Shown here one piece after another: positions 25,809 to 37,658 of a stretch of 40,709 nucleotides of DNA. This stretch comes from Nemertoderma westbladi (lineage: Eukaryota; Animalia; Xenacoelomorpha). The translations under genes were made by a program, and so were the position numbers. Every line of letters begins with the position of its first letter. Positions within the stretch are counted from its first letter, which is position 1. The stretch lies in NCBI GenBank assembly GCA_032718475.1, contig JAUCBJ010002127.1, forward strand, positions 1 to 40,709, written 5' to 3'. The notes under the pieces were generated by a model. That model ran no database searches. It was not told where the DNA came from and saw nothing but the letters and a program-made list of their open reading frames with translations.

Positions 25809-26349
25809 TACTACTACTACTAGGATCGGCATGCTGCATTACAGCTGCATTTTTAAGAATGCTGTGCCGGCTTGTCAACAAAATTGCACCGCCACAACTC
25901 CCTATCACCCATGACATTTGCTAGATCATCCGCATCTTTAAGGCCAGTGTCCTTTAAGATGCGTCTCAAGAAAGTCATGGGCTGTCCACCATGCTTATTC
26001 ACTCCATGAGGCTGCCAAAGTACAAGATTATGCACTGGCTGGTCCTCACGGCGAAAGCAATGTCCTGCAAAGCGGAGGCGATTTTGTTCTAGTGTCAAGC
26101 TTGGGGGAACCAATGAGACACCTCCAATGTTATATAGTGTCTGGTTGGAGATGTGTGCATTGTACTTGACACAATGTACCCGGCGTAGCATTCTTGTGAA
26201 TGCTGGAATGTGCCATCCAGAGATTTGGTGTCCTCAGCAGTTAGAGCCCAGCATGGACTCCCGTAGAGGAGTACTGGAACTACTGCTGCTCTAAATAATC
26301 GGACCTTAAGTTTCCGATTAATTCTAGGTGACTTCCAAATCCTGGAAAA
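25809..26349 (-). mobile_element. 5'-truncated RTE-like LINE inserted in the BEL 5' leader
   Basis: Reverse complement of ~3355-3960 with a (TAG)n tail; flanked by the target-site duplication ACTGTACGC (25800-25808 / 26350-26358). Confidence 0.9.
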
Positions 26350-26442
26350 ACTGTACGCAGTACAGTACCTAATACAGTAATCTTAATCGTACTTTACTGT
26401 ACGCAGTACAGCAGTACAGCAAAACAAAACGTGCTTTACTCT

Positions 26443-26582
26443 TTAAACAAACTACCCCGGCCTAACCAATACTGCAATAAAGACACAAAGACTGCTCTAT
26501 TATTAAACAGGGTAATCAGGAGCGTGTTATTGCTAATGTAGGGTTGCTAAATACAAAACCGCTACTCAACTCACCGTTGGAT
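26443..26582 (-). repeat. Remnant (U5 end) of the BEL 5' LTR
   Basis: Near-identical to 11253-11379 except for 8-bp and 5-bp insertions; similarity stops after CCGTTGGAT. Confidence 0.85.
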
Positions 26583-26950
26583 CCGGACAGTCAACTTATA
26601 AAATGAAAACCACCCAGTTACAACCAAGGATGGTTACAACTAAACAGTTGAACTGAGTGGTAACAACTTGGTTTTATAGTGAACTACAATAGCATCTTGT
26701 ACAGCAAACATAATATCAAGAATTAAAGCAATTTAAAGTGTCCCAAATGAAAAAAAAATTAAATTTTGTCCGGAATTTGAACAGTCAACCCTACTGCTGT
26801 ACTGCTGTACTGGTGTACACACAGGCACAGAGTACAGGCTGACAGGTGTCAGGGTGTAGCTGCTGAGCTGTGTAGTGTCAGTGTGTCTGAGAAGGTGTGT
26901 ATCGAACCTATAACCGCAACAGTCAACAGTATAATCTACGTAATACAGGT

Positions 26951-27702
26951 ATGTCTTTAACAAAGAATAAAGGCAACAAGAAAAACTTAGATGATCCGTA
27001 TAAAGATAGGCCTAAACTGCGAAGTCAAACCGCTGTGGAATCGGGATATTCGAGTAGCGGATCGTCGGTGACGCGATCGGAAGTCGGGAGGAGTCCGCCG
27101 TCCCCGGAACTGATGCCACGACCCCAGACACCTCCGTTACTGCGAACCCGCCCGCCCAACCCGACCCCTCGTCCCACCCCCCGTTCCACACCCAGCCCAT
27201 CCCCCCGTGACACCCCTGCGTCTATCCCGCTAACCCCTATCGCCACAAACGTAAAGGCGGTTAAACGCAACCTGGAATACACGCCGTGTACCCCGACACC
27301 CAGGAAACGAGTCCGCGGCACCGTCACTCCGACCCTCGACCGGTTTACCCCTCGCCCTTCCCGCAATGCCGACACGGAACCCGGTCTGACCTCCAGCATC
27401 CTCGTCTCCGTACGACTCCGTCCCTGTTCCGAACGCGACTTCCGTTCCCGCAGTTGCGTCTCCATTAACGGCGCATCCACCACCGTGACTACCGCCACCG
27501 GAGCGGTGCACACCTTTCGCTTCAACCAATGCTTCTCTCCGGAGTCAGAGCAGGCCGATGTGTTCGAACGGGTCGCGAGGCCGTTGCTAAGCAGCAGTCT
27601 CGAGGGCTACAACTCATCTCTGTTCGCTTACGGGATGACGAACAGCGGGAAGACTTACACGATGATGGGAGAGGCAGGGACTCTCGAGGGGATTACGCCG
27701 AG
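26951..27702 (+). CDS. KIF14: Kinesin-3 (KIF14-like) exon 1
   Basis: Pro/Thr-rich N-terminal extension with many TP/SP sites, then VSVRLRP, FRFNQCF, EGYNSSLFAYGMTNSGKTYTM. Donor CCGAG|gtacgt (phase 2). The start codon is inferred. Confidence 0.85.
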
Positions 27703-28298
27703 GTACGTTCATATGTTAATGTACTGCTGTTAAAGAATCAAGATACGGCAAGTGGATAGATTGTGCTAAGATTTAATTAAAGAGCAAAATTGCATAATGA
27801 TAAAGCCTATACCATAGACAGACAGAGGCTAAAGGTTGAAGCGCTGTAACTCGAAATAATCATTTATCATACCCATTTGTGTTAAATTGATTTGCAACAT
27901 TTGCCGTAGACTTTACATATACAGATATACTAACTGTTTGTGTGATATTTGGCTTAGTCCCGTCCCCCTAATCATTTTCATTTTTCGAAATGCGATTTTT
28001 ACAAAAACGGTTTTATCTTTATCTAATCCAACTAAAATTGTGACGGTTTTATATAAAAGATTTGCATAGAGAGACCTGCGCTACAAATAGTTATGGTGGA
28101 AAACAGGGCCGAGGTGAAATCTCATATACTTTTTGAGATTTAAACTTTCTAGCACAATAAATACCTATTTCCATCCCAGTTTAGAAATGTCACAACCATA
28201 AATATATTATATATACTTTTCATTCATCTGTATGGGATTATTAACTCATTAACTCAAATTATTAAGTTCATTAACAGTGAGGGTTCTATATGTTATAG

Positions 28299-28683
28299 GT
28301 TCTGTCGGAGTCTCTTCGCTGAGATCGAGTCCCTAGAATCCTCCGGGACTTCTTGTCTTATCGAACCGGAGATGAGTTACTTCGAGATTTACAACGAAAA
28401 GATCCACGATCTCTTGGTAGCGGATACTGAACCAAGGAAGCCACTAAGAGTGCGGGAACACCCTGTCTGGGGCCCCTATGTGGTCGATCTAACCAAGGTC
28501 CCCGTGACGTCATACACGGAGGTCTCGTCGCGATTGCAGACCGGTAACTCTAGACGGGCCACCGCGTCTACCGATATGAACTCCAAGTCGTCACGGAGTC
28601 ACGCCGTGTTTACTTTGATACTGAAACAAAGCCGGATGGAGTTGATAGGCGGAACGGAGCAACCCAGATCCAGGGTATCTAAG
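28299..28683 (+). CDS. KIF14: KIF14-like exon 2
   Basis: Acceptor ttatag|G; SYFEIYNEKIHDLL, LRVREHPVWGPYV, switch I NSKSSRSHAVF; donor TCTAAG|gtagga (phase 0). Confidence 0.9.
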
Positions 28684-31600
28684 GTAGGAGATCCAGGGTA
28701 TCTAAGATACGCAAGGTAGGAGGAGATCCAGGGTATCTAAGGTACTCAAGGTAGTAGGAGATCCAGGGTATCTAAGGTACTCAAGGTAGGAGGAGATCCA
28801 GGGTATCTAAGGTAGATGATCCCGGGTATCTAAGGTAGAAGATCCCGGGTATCTAAGGTAGGAGATCTAGGGTAGGCCCCCCTATCTAAGGTAGGAGATC
28901 TAGGGTATTTAAGGCAGGAGATCCAGGGTATCTAAGGTAGAAGATCCCGGGTATCTAAGGTAGGAGATCCCGGGTATCTAAGGTAAGGAGATCCCAGGTA
29001 TCTAAGAAGGAGATCTAGGGTATCTAAGGTAGGAGATCTAGGGTAGGCCCCCCTATCTAAGGTAGGAGATCTAGGGTATTTAAAGCAGGAGATCCAGGGT
29101 ATCTAAGGTAGAATATCCCGGGTATCTAAGGTAGGAGATCCCGGGTGTCTAAGGTAGGAGGAGATCCAGGGTATCTAAGGTAGAAGATCCCGGGTATCTA
29201 AGGTAGGAGATCCAGGGTAGGCCCCCCTATCTAAGGTAGGAGATCTAGGGTATTTAAGGCAGGAGATCCAGGGTATCTAAGTTAGAAGATCCCGGGTATC
29301 TAAGGTAGGAGATCCCGGGTGTCTAAGGTAGGAGGAGATCCAGGGTATCTAAGGTAGGAGGAGATCCAGGGTATCTAATTTAGGAGATCTAGGGTATTTA
29401 AGGCAGGAGATCCAGGGTATCTAAGGTAGGAGTTCCAGGATATCTAATGTAGGAGATCCCGGGTATCTAAGGTAGGAGATCCCGGGTATCTAAGGTAGGA
29501 GATCCAGGGTAGGCCCCCCTATCTAAGGTAGGAGATCTAGGGTATTTAAGGCAGGAGATCCAGGGTATCTAAGGTAGAAGATCCCGGGTATCTAAGGTAG
29601 GAGATCCCGGGTGTCTAAGGTAGGAGGAGATCCAGGGTATCTAAGGTAGGAGGAGATCCAGGGTATCTAATTTAGGAGATCTAGGGTATTTAAGGCAGGA
29701 GATCCAGGGTATCTAAGGTAGGAGTTCCAGGGTATCTAATGTAGGAGATCCCGGGTATCTAAGGTAGGAGGAGATCCAGGGTATATAAGGTAGAAGATCC
29801 AGGGTATCTAAGGTAGGAGATTCAGGGTATCTAATGTAGGAGATCTAGGGTATTTAAGGCAGGAGATCCAGGGTATCTAATTTAGGAGATCCCGGGTATC
29901 TAAGGTAGGAGGAGATCCAGGGTATCTAATTTAGGAGATCTAGGGTATTTAAGGCAGGAGATCCAGGGTATCTAATTTAGGAGATCCCGGGTATCTAAGG
30001 TAGGAGGAGATCCAGGGTATCTAATTTAGGAGATCTAGGGTATTTAAGGCAGGAGATCCAGGGTATCTAATTTAGGAGATCTAGGGTATTTAAGGCAGGA
30101 TATCCAGGGTATCTAAGGTAGGAGTTCCAGGGTATCTAATGTAGGAGATCCCGGGTATCTAAGGTAGGAGGAGATCCAGGGTATATAAGGTAGAAGATCC
30201 AGGGTATCTAAGGTAGGAGTTCCAGGATATCTAATGTAGGAGATCCCGGGTATCTAAGGTAGGAGGAGATCCAGGGTATCTAATTTAGGAGATCTAGGGT
30301 ATTTAAGGCAGGAGATCCAGGGTATCTAATTTAGGAGATCTAGGGTATTTAAGGCAGGAGATCCAGGGTATCTAATTTTGGAGATCTAGGGTATTTAAGG
30401 CAGGAGATCCAGGGTATCTAATTTAGGAGATCTAGGGTATTTAAGGCAGGAGATCCAGGGTATCTAATTTAGGAGATCTAGGGTATTTAAGGCAGGAGAT
30501 CCAGGGTATCTAAGGTAGGAGTTCCAGGATATCTAATGTAGGAGATCCCGGTTATCTAAGGTAGGAGATCTAGGGTATCTAATGTAGGAGATCCCGGGTA
30601 TCTAAGGTAGGAGGAGATCCAGGGTATATAAGGTAGAAGATCCAGGGTATCTAAGGTAGGAGTTCCAGGATATCTAAGGTAGGAGTTCCAGGATATCTAA
30701 TGTAGGAGATCCCGGGTATCTAAGGTAGGAGATCTAGGGTATCTAATGTAGAATATCCAGGGTATCTAAGGTAGGAGGAGATCCAGGGTATCTAAGGTAG
30801 AAGATCCAGGGTATCTAAGGTAGGAGATCAGGGTATCTAAGGTAGGAGTTCCAGGATATCTAATGTAGGAGATCCCGGGTATCTAAGGTAGGAGGAGATC
30901 CAGGGTATCTAATTTAGGAGATCTAGGGTATTTAAGGCAGGAGATCCAGGGTATCTAATGTAGAATATCCAGGGTATCTAAGGTAGGAGGAGATCCAGGG
31001 TATCTAAGGTAGAAGATCCAGGGTATCTAAGGTAGGAGTTCCAGGATATCTAATGTAGGAGATCCCGGGTATCTAAGGTAGGAGGAGATCCAGGGTATCT
31101 AATTGAGGAGATCTAGGGTATTTAAGGCAGGAGATCCAGGGTATCTAATGTAGAATATCCAGGGTATCTAAGGTAGGAGGAGATCCAGGGTATCTAAGGT
31201 AGAAGATCCAGGGTATCTAAGGTAGGAGATTCAGGGTATCTAAGGTAGGAGATCTAGGGTATCTAAGGTAGAAGATCCAGGGTATCTAAGGTAGGAGATT
31301 CAGGGTATCTAAGGTAGGAGATCTAGGGTATCTAATGTAGGAGATCCCGGGTATCTAAGGTAGGAGATCCAGGGTATCTATGAAGGTGATCCAGGGTATC
31401 TAAGGTAGGAGATCCAGGGTATCTAAGGTAGAAGATCCCGGGTATCTAAGGTAGGCGCAGGAGATCCAGGGTATCTAAGGTAGAAGATCCAGGGTATCTA
31501 ATGTGGGAGATCCAGGGTATTTAAGGTTGGAGATCCAGGGTATCTAAGGTAGGAGATCCAGGGTATCTAATGTAGGAGATCCAGGGTATTTAAGGTTGGA

Positions 31601-33502
31601 GATCCAGGGTATCTAAGGTAGGAGATCTAGGGTAATTAATGCAGAAGATCCAGGTTATCTAACTTAGGAGATCTAGGGTATTTATGGCAGGAGATCCAGG
31701 GTATCTAAGGTAGGAGTTCCAGGATATCTAATGTAGGAGATCCCGGGTATCTAAGGTAGGAGGAGATCCAGGGTATCTAATTTAGGAGATCTAGGGTATT
31801 TAAGGCAGGAGATCCAGGGTATCTAAGGTAGGAGTTCCAGGATATCTAATGTAGGAGATCCCGGGTATCTAAGGTAGGAGATCTAGGGTATCTAATGTAG
31901 AATATCCAGGGTATCTAAGGTAGGAGGAGATCCAGGGTATATAAGGTAGAAGATCCAGGGTATCTAAGGTAGGAGTTCCAGGATATCTAAGGTAGGAGTT
32001 CCAGGATATCTAATGTAGGAGATCCCGGGTATCTAAGGTAGGAGATCTAGGGTATCTAATGTAGAATATCCAGGGTATCTAAGGTAGGAGGAGATCCAGG
32101 GTATCTAAGGTAGAAGATCCAGGGTATCTAAGGTAGGAGATCAGGGTATCTAAGGTAGGAGTTCCAGGATATCTAATGTAGGAGATCCCGGGTATCTAAG
32201 GTAGGAGGAGATCCAGGGTATCTAATTTAGGAGATCTAGGGTATTTAAGGCAGGAGATCCAGGGTATCTAATGTAGAATATCCAGGGTATCTAAGGTAGG
32301 AGGAGATCCAGGGTATCTAAGGTAGAAGATCCAGGGTATCTAAGGTAGGAGTTCCAGGATATCTAATGTATCTAAGGTAGGAGGAGATCCAGGGTATCTA
32401 ATTGAGGAGATCTAGGGTATTTAAGGCAGGAGATCCAGGGTATCTAATGTAGAATATCCAGGGTATCTAAGGTAGGAGGAGATCCAGGGTATCTAAGGTA
32501 GAAGATCCAGGGTATCTAAGGTAGGAGATTCAGGGTATCTAAGGTAGGAGATCTAGGGTATCTAAGGTAGAAGATCCAGGGTATCTAAGGTAGGAGATTC
32601 AGGGTATCTAAAGTAGGAGATCTAGGGTATCTAATGTAGGAGATCCCGGGTATCTAAGGTAGGAGATCCAGGGTATCTATGAAGGTGATCCAGGGTATCT
32701 AAGGTAGGAGATCCAGGGTATCTAAGGTAGAAGATCCCGGGTATCTAAGGTAGGCGCAGGAGATCCAGGGTATCTAAGGTAGAAGATCCAGGGTATCTAA
32801 TGTGGGAGATCCAGGGTATTTAAGGTTGGAGATCCAGGGTATCTAAGGTAGGAGATCCAGGGTATCTAATGTAGGAGATCCAGGGTATTTAAGGTTGGAG
32901 ATCCAGGGTATCTAAGGTAGGAGATCTAGGGTAATTAATGCAGAAGATCCAGGTTATCTAACTTAGGAGATCTAGGGTATTTATGGCAGGAGATCCAGGG
33001 TATCTAAGGTAGGAGTTCCAGGATATCTAATGTAGGAGATCCCGGGTATCTAAGGTAGGAGGAGATCCAGGGTATCTAATTTAGGAGATCTAGGGTATTT
33101 AAGGCAGGAGATCCAGGGTATCTAAGGTAGGAGTTCCAGGATATCTAATGTAGGAGATCCCGGGTATCTAAGGTAGGAGATCTAGGGTATCTAATGTAGA
33201 ATATCCAGGGTATCTAAGGTAGGAGATTCAGGGTATCTAAGAAGGAGATCTACGGTATCTATTGTAGGAGATCCAGGGTGTCTAAGGTAGGCGATCGAGG
33301 GTATCTAATGTGCGAGATCCAGGTTATTTAAGGTAGAAGATCCAGGGTATCTAATGAAGGGGATCCAGGATTTCTAAGGTAGGAGATCCATGGGATCTAA
33401 GGCAGGCGATCCAGGGTATCTAAGATAGGAGATCCACGGTATCTAAGGTAGGATCCAGGCTATCTAAGGTAGGAGATTCAGTGTAACTAATGTAGAATAT
33501 TC
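28666..33502 (+). repeat. ~4.8-kb minisatellite of 23-bp unit AGATCCAGGGTATCTAAGGTAGG (~200 copies by length/unit) filling kinesin intron 2
   Basis: Directly visible tandem array. The first unit is the last 18 nt of exon 2 plus the first 5 nt of the intron. ~1.3-kb higher-order duplication; degenerate distal end. Confidence 0.98.
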
Positions 33503-33666
33503 AATCGAGAGTAAGATCCATGCTACCATGCTTAAAGGGGAAATTAACTGGGATTATATTCCCCATATTCCCCACACCCCGGTGGTGGAAACTCAATCAA
33601 CATCACGAGATGTTTATATATAATTGATTGGTTGTAGATTCTCTATTGGATTTACTTTTATTTCAG

Positions 33667-34761
33667 GTAAATCTGGTGGATCTTGCAGGTAGCGAACGTT
33701 CGTCCCAAGCTGGATCTACGGGTGAAAGACTCCGCGAGGGTTCCAATATAAACAGGTCGTTGTTGACGTTGGGTAAGGTAATCCTACAGCTCTCGGAGTC
33801 ATCGAAAACTCGGGGGTTCGTTTCCTACAGGGAGAGCGTCCTTACGTGGTTGCTACGGGAGAGCATCGGGGGGAATTCTAGAACGGCGATGATCGCGACT
33901 ATATCGCCGTCCTCGTCGTGTATAGACGAGACGCTGTCGACGTTACGGTACGCCCACCAAGCCGCGTCCATTGTTAACCGGGCCAAGATCAACGAGGATC
34001 CCAACGATAAACTCATACGGGATCTACGAGCCGAGATCGCCTTACTTAAGCGGTTCATCCCGGAAGATCGACTCCGGTTGATATCCGCCGAGGCGGAGGT
34101 CCCGGTTGCCGTGGATACCGGGACCAGTCCGGTCCGTGGGCTCGGGATGCGGAGTCGGGGGGTCGGGACGACGATGTCCGGAGCGGAAGTCGTCGCGGCG
34201 ATGGAGACGGCGAGAGGAGCGACGCGACGGCTGCGGGAAGCCGAGAGCGAAGTCGCCAAGGAGAAGGCGAGATGGCGGGCGGTGTTCGAGGAGCGGAGGA
34301 GTCAGACGGAGGAGTTGGAGGGGCGCGTCCGCGAGTTGGAGGCCCAGGTGCTGGTGGAGCGACGGAGGGTAGCGTCGGAGGTTGAGCGGATAACGACGAG
34401 AGTCGATGAGGAGCGGAGGAATAAGGAGAAACTCGAGGAAAGTAAACAGTCGGTTGTCAGGGAGCTGAAAGAACGTTGTGAGGGGTTGCAGAGAAGGTTG
34501 GTTGCGGTGGAGAGCGATAGAGAAAGCGATAAAGTGAAAATCAATGAACTCTTTGAAGAGAATGAGATACTAAAATCGGAAGTTGAGATGGAGAGGGGAT
34601 TAAGAGTTGCGGAGCTAGTGGAACAAGATTCCTTGCTCGATATAATCGATTCTACTGAAAATAATTCCGGTATTATATCGTTACTCCGCAGGGAAATAAA
34701 CAATATGAATAAAGCGATTGAGGATATAAAGAACGACAAATTACTTGATAAAGTAACGTAG
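33667..34761 (+). CDS. KIF14: KIF14-like exon 3 (motor end, neck, coiled coil, stop)
   Basis: Acceptor tttcag|GTA; VNLVDLAGSER, YRESVLTWLLRESIGGNSRTAMIATISP, ETLSTLRYA, kinesin-3 neck AKINEDPNDKLIRDLRAEI. Three exons give 743 aa. Confidence 0.88.
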   Translation, partial: VNLVDLAGSERSSQAGSTGERLREGSNINRSLLTLGKVILQLSESSKTRGFVSYRESVLTWLLRESIGGNSRTAMIATISPSSSCIDETLSTLRYAHQAASIVNRAKINEDPNDKLIRDLRAEIALLKRFIPEDRLRLISAEAEVPVAVDTGTSPVRGLGMRSRGVGTTMSGAEVVAAMETARGATRRLREAESEVAKEKARWRAVFEERRSQTEELEGRVRELEAQVLVERRRVASEVERITTRVDEERRNKEKLEESKQSVVRELKERCEGLQRRLVAVESDRESDKVKINELFEENEILKSEVEMERGLRVAELVEQDSLLDIIDSTENNSGIISLLRREINNMNKAIEDIKNDKLLDKVT

Positions 34762-35225
34762 GATTTACGTACGATTTAGGAACTAACAGTTAACATTATG
34801 CAATAATTACTTTTGTTACTTGTTCAATAGTTTTTTTGGATTTGTATTGATTTTTCTATCGTTAGTTGTAGATTTGAGATGTGATTACATTGGTGTAAGT
34901 TTATCTACTTATATTATTTAGTTTATTAATACTAGTTTACGAGTTAAGGTGGGTCAATATGTCATATTGTTGTTTTTTATTTCGTTTGTACCAGAATTTA
35001 TTGAGGATTTCAATTCTTGAGACGGATTTGCGAGATCTGTTTTAGCTCTTGATATAATACAACATAATTATATTGAATAGCATCAGGGATCCCATTGATC
35101 CCACGCGCTACGTGGAAATCAGAATGGGTTCCGTAAAGGCCGTGGGACCATGGAGCCCATTCTGCCGCTTAGATGGATAATTGAAGAGCTATAAGGAAAG
35201 GAAAGACAAACATCTGGTCACCATC

Positions 35226-35755
35226 TCCGATTATTTAGAGCAGCAGTAGTTCCAGTACTCCTCTATGGGAGTTCATGCTGGGCTTTAACTGCTGAGGATA
35301 CCAGGTATCTGGATGGCAGATTCACAAGAATGCTACAACGGGTTCACGTGTCAAATACAATGAACACATATGCCACCAGATACTAGTCTACAGTATTGGA
35401 GGTGTCTCATTGGTAGGTGGTCGCCGTAAGCTTGACACTTGAACTAAGCCGCATCCACTTCTTAGGACATAGCTTTCGCCGTGCCAGCCTTTGCAGCTGC
35501 TGTGGCTACCTCATTGAGAAAATAAACATGGTGTAAAGTCTATGACATTTTTGATACCCCCCCTTCAAGGAGATTGGCCCTGACGATACGGATAATCTCG
35601 CGGAAATCATGGGATAGGGAGTTCTGGCGGTGCAATTTTGTCCATTGCAGCAAGCAAATTGTGGATGACATGGTGGCACAAAATTTGTTGTAAAAAAATT
35701 TGATAGCAATCTCAATGTGCGAATGTAATGCGGCAGGCCGATTATAGTAGTAGTA
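35226..35755 (+). mobile_element. Decayed 3' fragment of the same RTE-like LINE
   Basis: Aligns to ~3397-3960; ends GCCGATTATAGTAGTAGTA. Confidence 0.85.
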
Positions 35756-36269
35756 TATGGCGGTTTGTCCGTCAGAATTCATATTCCAATAGCCAACCTC
35801 CTTACTCTCCTCCACCATTATACAACCAAATTATGGTTATTTTTGACTCTTGAAAAGTTTTACGACTCTCTGAAAATCTATCCGATAGGCTTTTAAAGTC
35901 TATGGTGCTGTGCTGAGTACAAAAAAGGTTAGTATCGAAAAAATTAGGATAAATATTTAGGGACTAATGGCGTTAATAGTGAAATTTTTTATTGCGCCAT
36001 CCACGACGTTAAAGCTATATTATAAGCAATCTGCGGGGGGGGGGGGGGGGTGGCGGTACTACTCCCTCACAACCCCACCCCTGGGTGTCTCGCGAATTCT
36101 AACGGATTATTGAGGATTAGTCAGTTAAAATGTAAACTTTAAAAGGGACACGAAGTGGGGCCTTCGCGCAGCACGTGACTTAAATTTAATTTAAGTACTA
36201 ATTCGAAAGTATTACTGTATTAGCAAATTTTAAGCAGATTTCGCCTAATCACTTTTTACCTCTTTCATT

Positions 36270-37435
36270 TCTATTCAGACATTTCTGACTCTAGCGGTAT
36301 AGTGAGAACTGAAGATGGATTAGGGTCTCCAGCCCCACAAAGACACAGCCTATGGATGAATAGTACATCGGCCAAGTTTCATCTTGAATAACGGATAACG
36401 AAATGAGAGACGGATCTCACTTTCAGAAATTTCGTCGTATAGCGGCAGACCGATTAAATCTCCCCCCCCCCCCCCCCCCCCCCACAAAGACGCAGCATGT
36501 GGTCCAGAATATATGGCAAGATTCAGCTTAAACTGATTAAAATCAATGAGACGGGAGAATCTATTCACTTTCAGGCATAAAGTAGTCCTATAGCGGGTGA
36601 CTGTTGAACTGATTTTCAACAAAACAAATTTTCAACTTGGCAGCTTTAAATTCGACAAAGTTATAAGCATGTCAATATCATAACGACGACAACGATTTCA
36701 CTTTCAGACATTTGGCCCTCTAGCGGCAGACTGGAGAACTGCAGATGGATTCGCCTCCTTTGAAAGTCACAGCTAATGGTCTAATACATATCTGCCAAGT
36801 TTCAGCTTAAACGGATTTAAAGCAAAGAAATGGGAGGGCATTTAATGTTTAGACATGTGGCCCTCTAGCGGGAGACCATTGCACTGATGGTGTCTGAAAG
36901 TCTCTCAAAAATCTCAACTTTTGCTCATATTGATACCTACAAATTTTCAACTTGGCAGCTTTAAATCCGACAAAGTTATTAGCATGTCAAAATCGTAACG
37001 ACGACAACGATTTCACTTTCAGACCTTTGGCCCTCTAGCGGCAGACTGGAGAACTGCAGATGGATTCGCCTCCTTTGAAAGTCACAGCTAATGGTCTAAT
37101 ACATATCTGCCAAGTTTCAGCTTAAACGGATTAAAAGCAAAGAAATGGGAGGGCATTTAATGTTTAGACATGTGGCCCTCTAGCGGGAGACCATTGCACT
37201 GATGGTGTCTGAAAGTCTCTCAAAAATCTCAACTTTTGCTCATATTGATACCTACAAATTTTCAACTTGGCAGCTTTAAATCCGACAAAGTTATTAGCAT
37301 GTCAAAATCGTAACGACGACGACGACAACGACGACGACGACGACAACGACGACGACAACTATTTGCATAAATTGACCCACCCCCTAACAGTGTCAATTCG
37401 CAAAGGCTCCGCCAACTTCGTGGCTCGCCCCACAT
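36270..37435. repeat. ~315-bp tandem repeat (2.2 clean copies plus a degenerate upstream copy) ending in a (GAC/AAC)n microsatellite; architecture like Helentron-associated (HINE/DINE-type) elements
   Basis: ACAAATTTTCAACTTGGCAGCTTTAAAT at ~36625, ~36939 and ~37254; microsatellite at 37312-37359. The tandem repeat is certain; the family assignment is inference. Confidence 0.7.
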
Positions 37436-37658
37436 TATTTTTATAGTTAGAATGTGATTTATCTTTAGGTCGCAGGTCGGTTATTTTATTATTTTAATAA
37501 ATAACCCAAGTTTTGGAACATTTTGTTTATTTGCCATACCATTATCATAAGTCAGCTACATACACATTATTAATTCGCAACTTTTATTACAAAAAAATAA
37601 TTTATTGCTAGTTGCATATTAATATACTGTAATCCATTTCTTAAAAATATTCACATGT

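Larger units (their letters stand above)
11251..26582 (-). mobile_element. BEL/Pao-superfamily LTR retrotransposon, decayed, with an extra ORF3
   Basis: Domain order Gag (three Cys/His boxes)-PR-RT-RH-IN with BEL signatures (YLPHH, KVRVVNDCAA, GPNLNN, DIEAMFHQV, FYMDD, ELHMFSDAS, DCFGP, SDKGTNF, GGSWERLV). Direct repeat 11253-11379 / 26443-26582 bounds the element. Confidence 0.93.

Noticed and set aside
26380-26445. Primer-binding site next to the 5' LTR
   Set aside because: No TGG-initiated tRNA-complementary sequence is visible, and the junction appears rewritten. No TSD for the BEL element can be called either.
28666-33502. CRISPR-like array or coding repeat
   Set aside because: There are no unique spacers, the context is eukaryotic and intronic, and the 23-nt unit introduces frequent stops.
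35083-35165. Hairpin CAGAATGGGTTCC...GGAGCCCATTCTG as an ncRNA
   Set aside because: It is a single copy directly upstream of a LINE fragment, with no family features; probably repeat debris.
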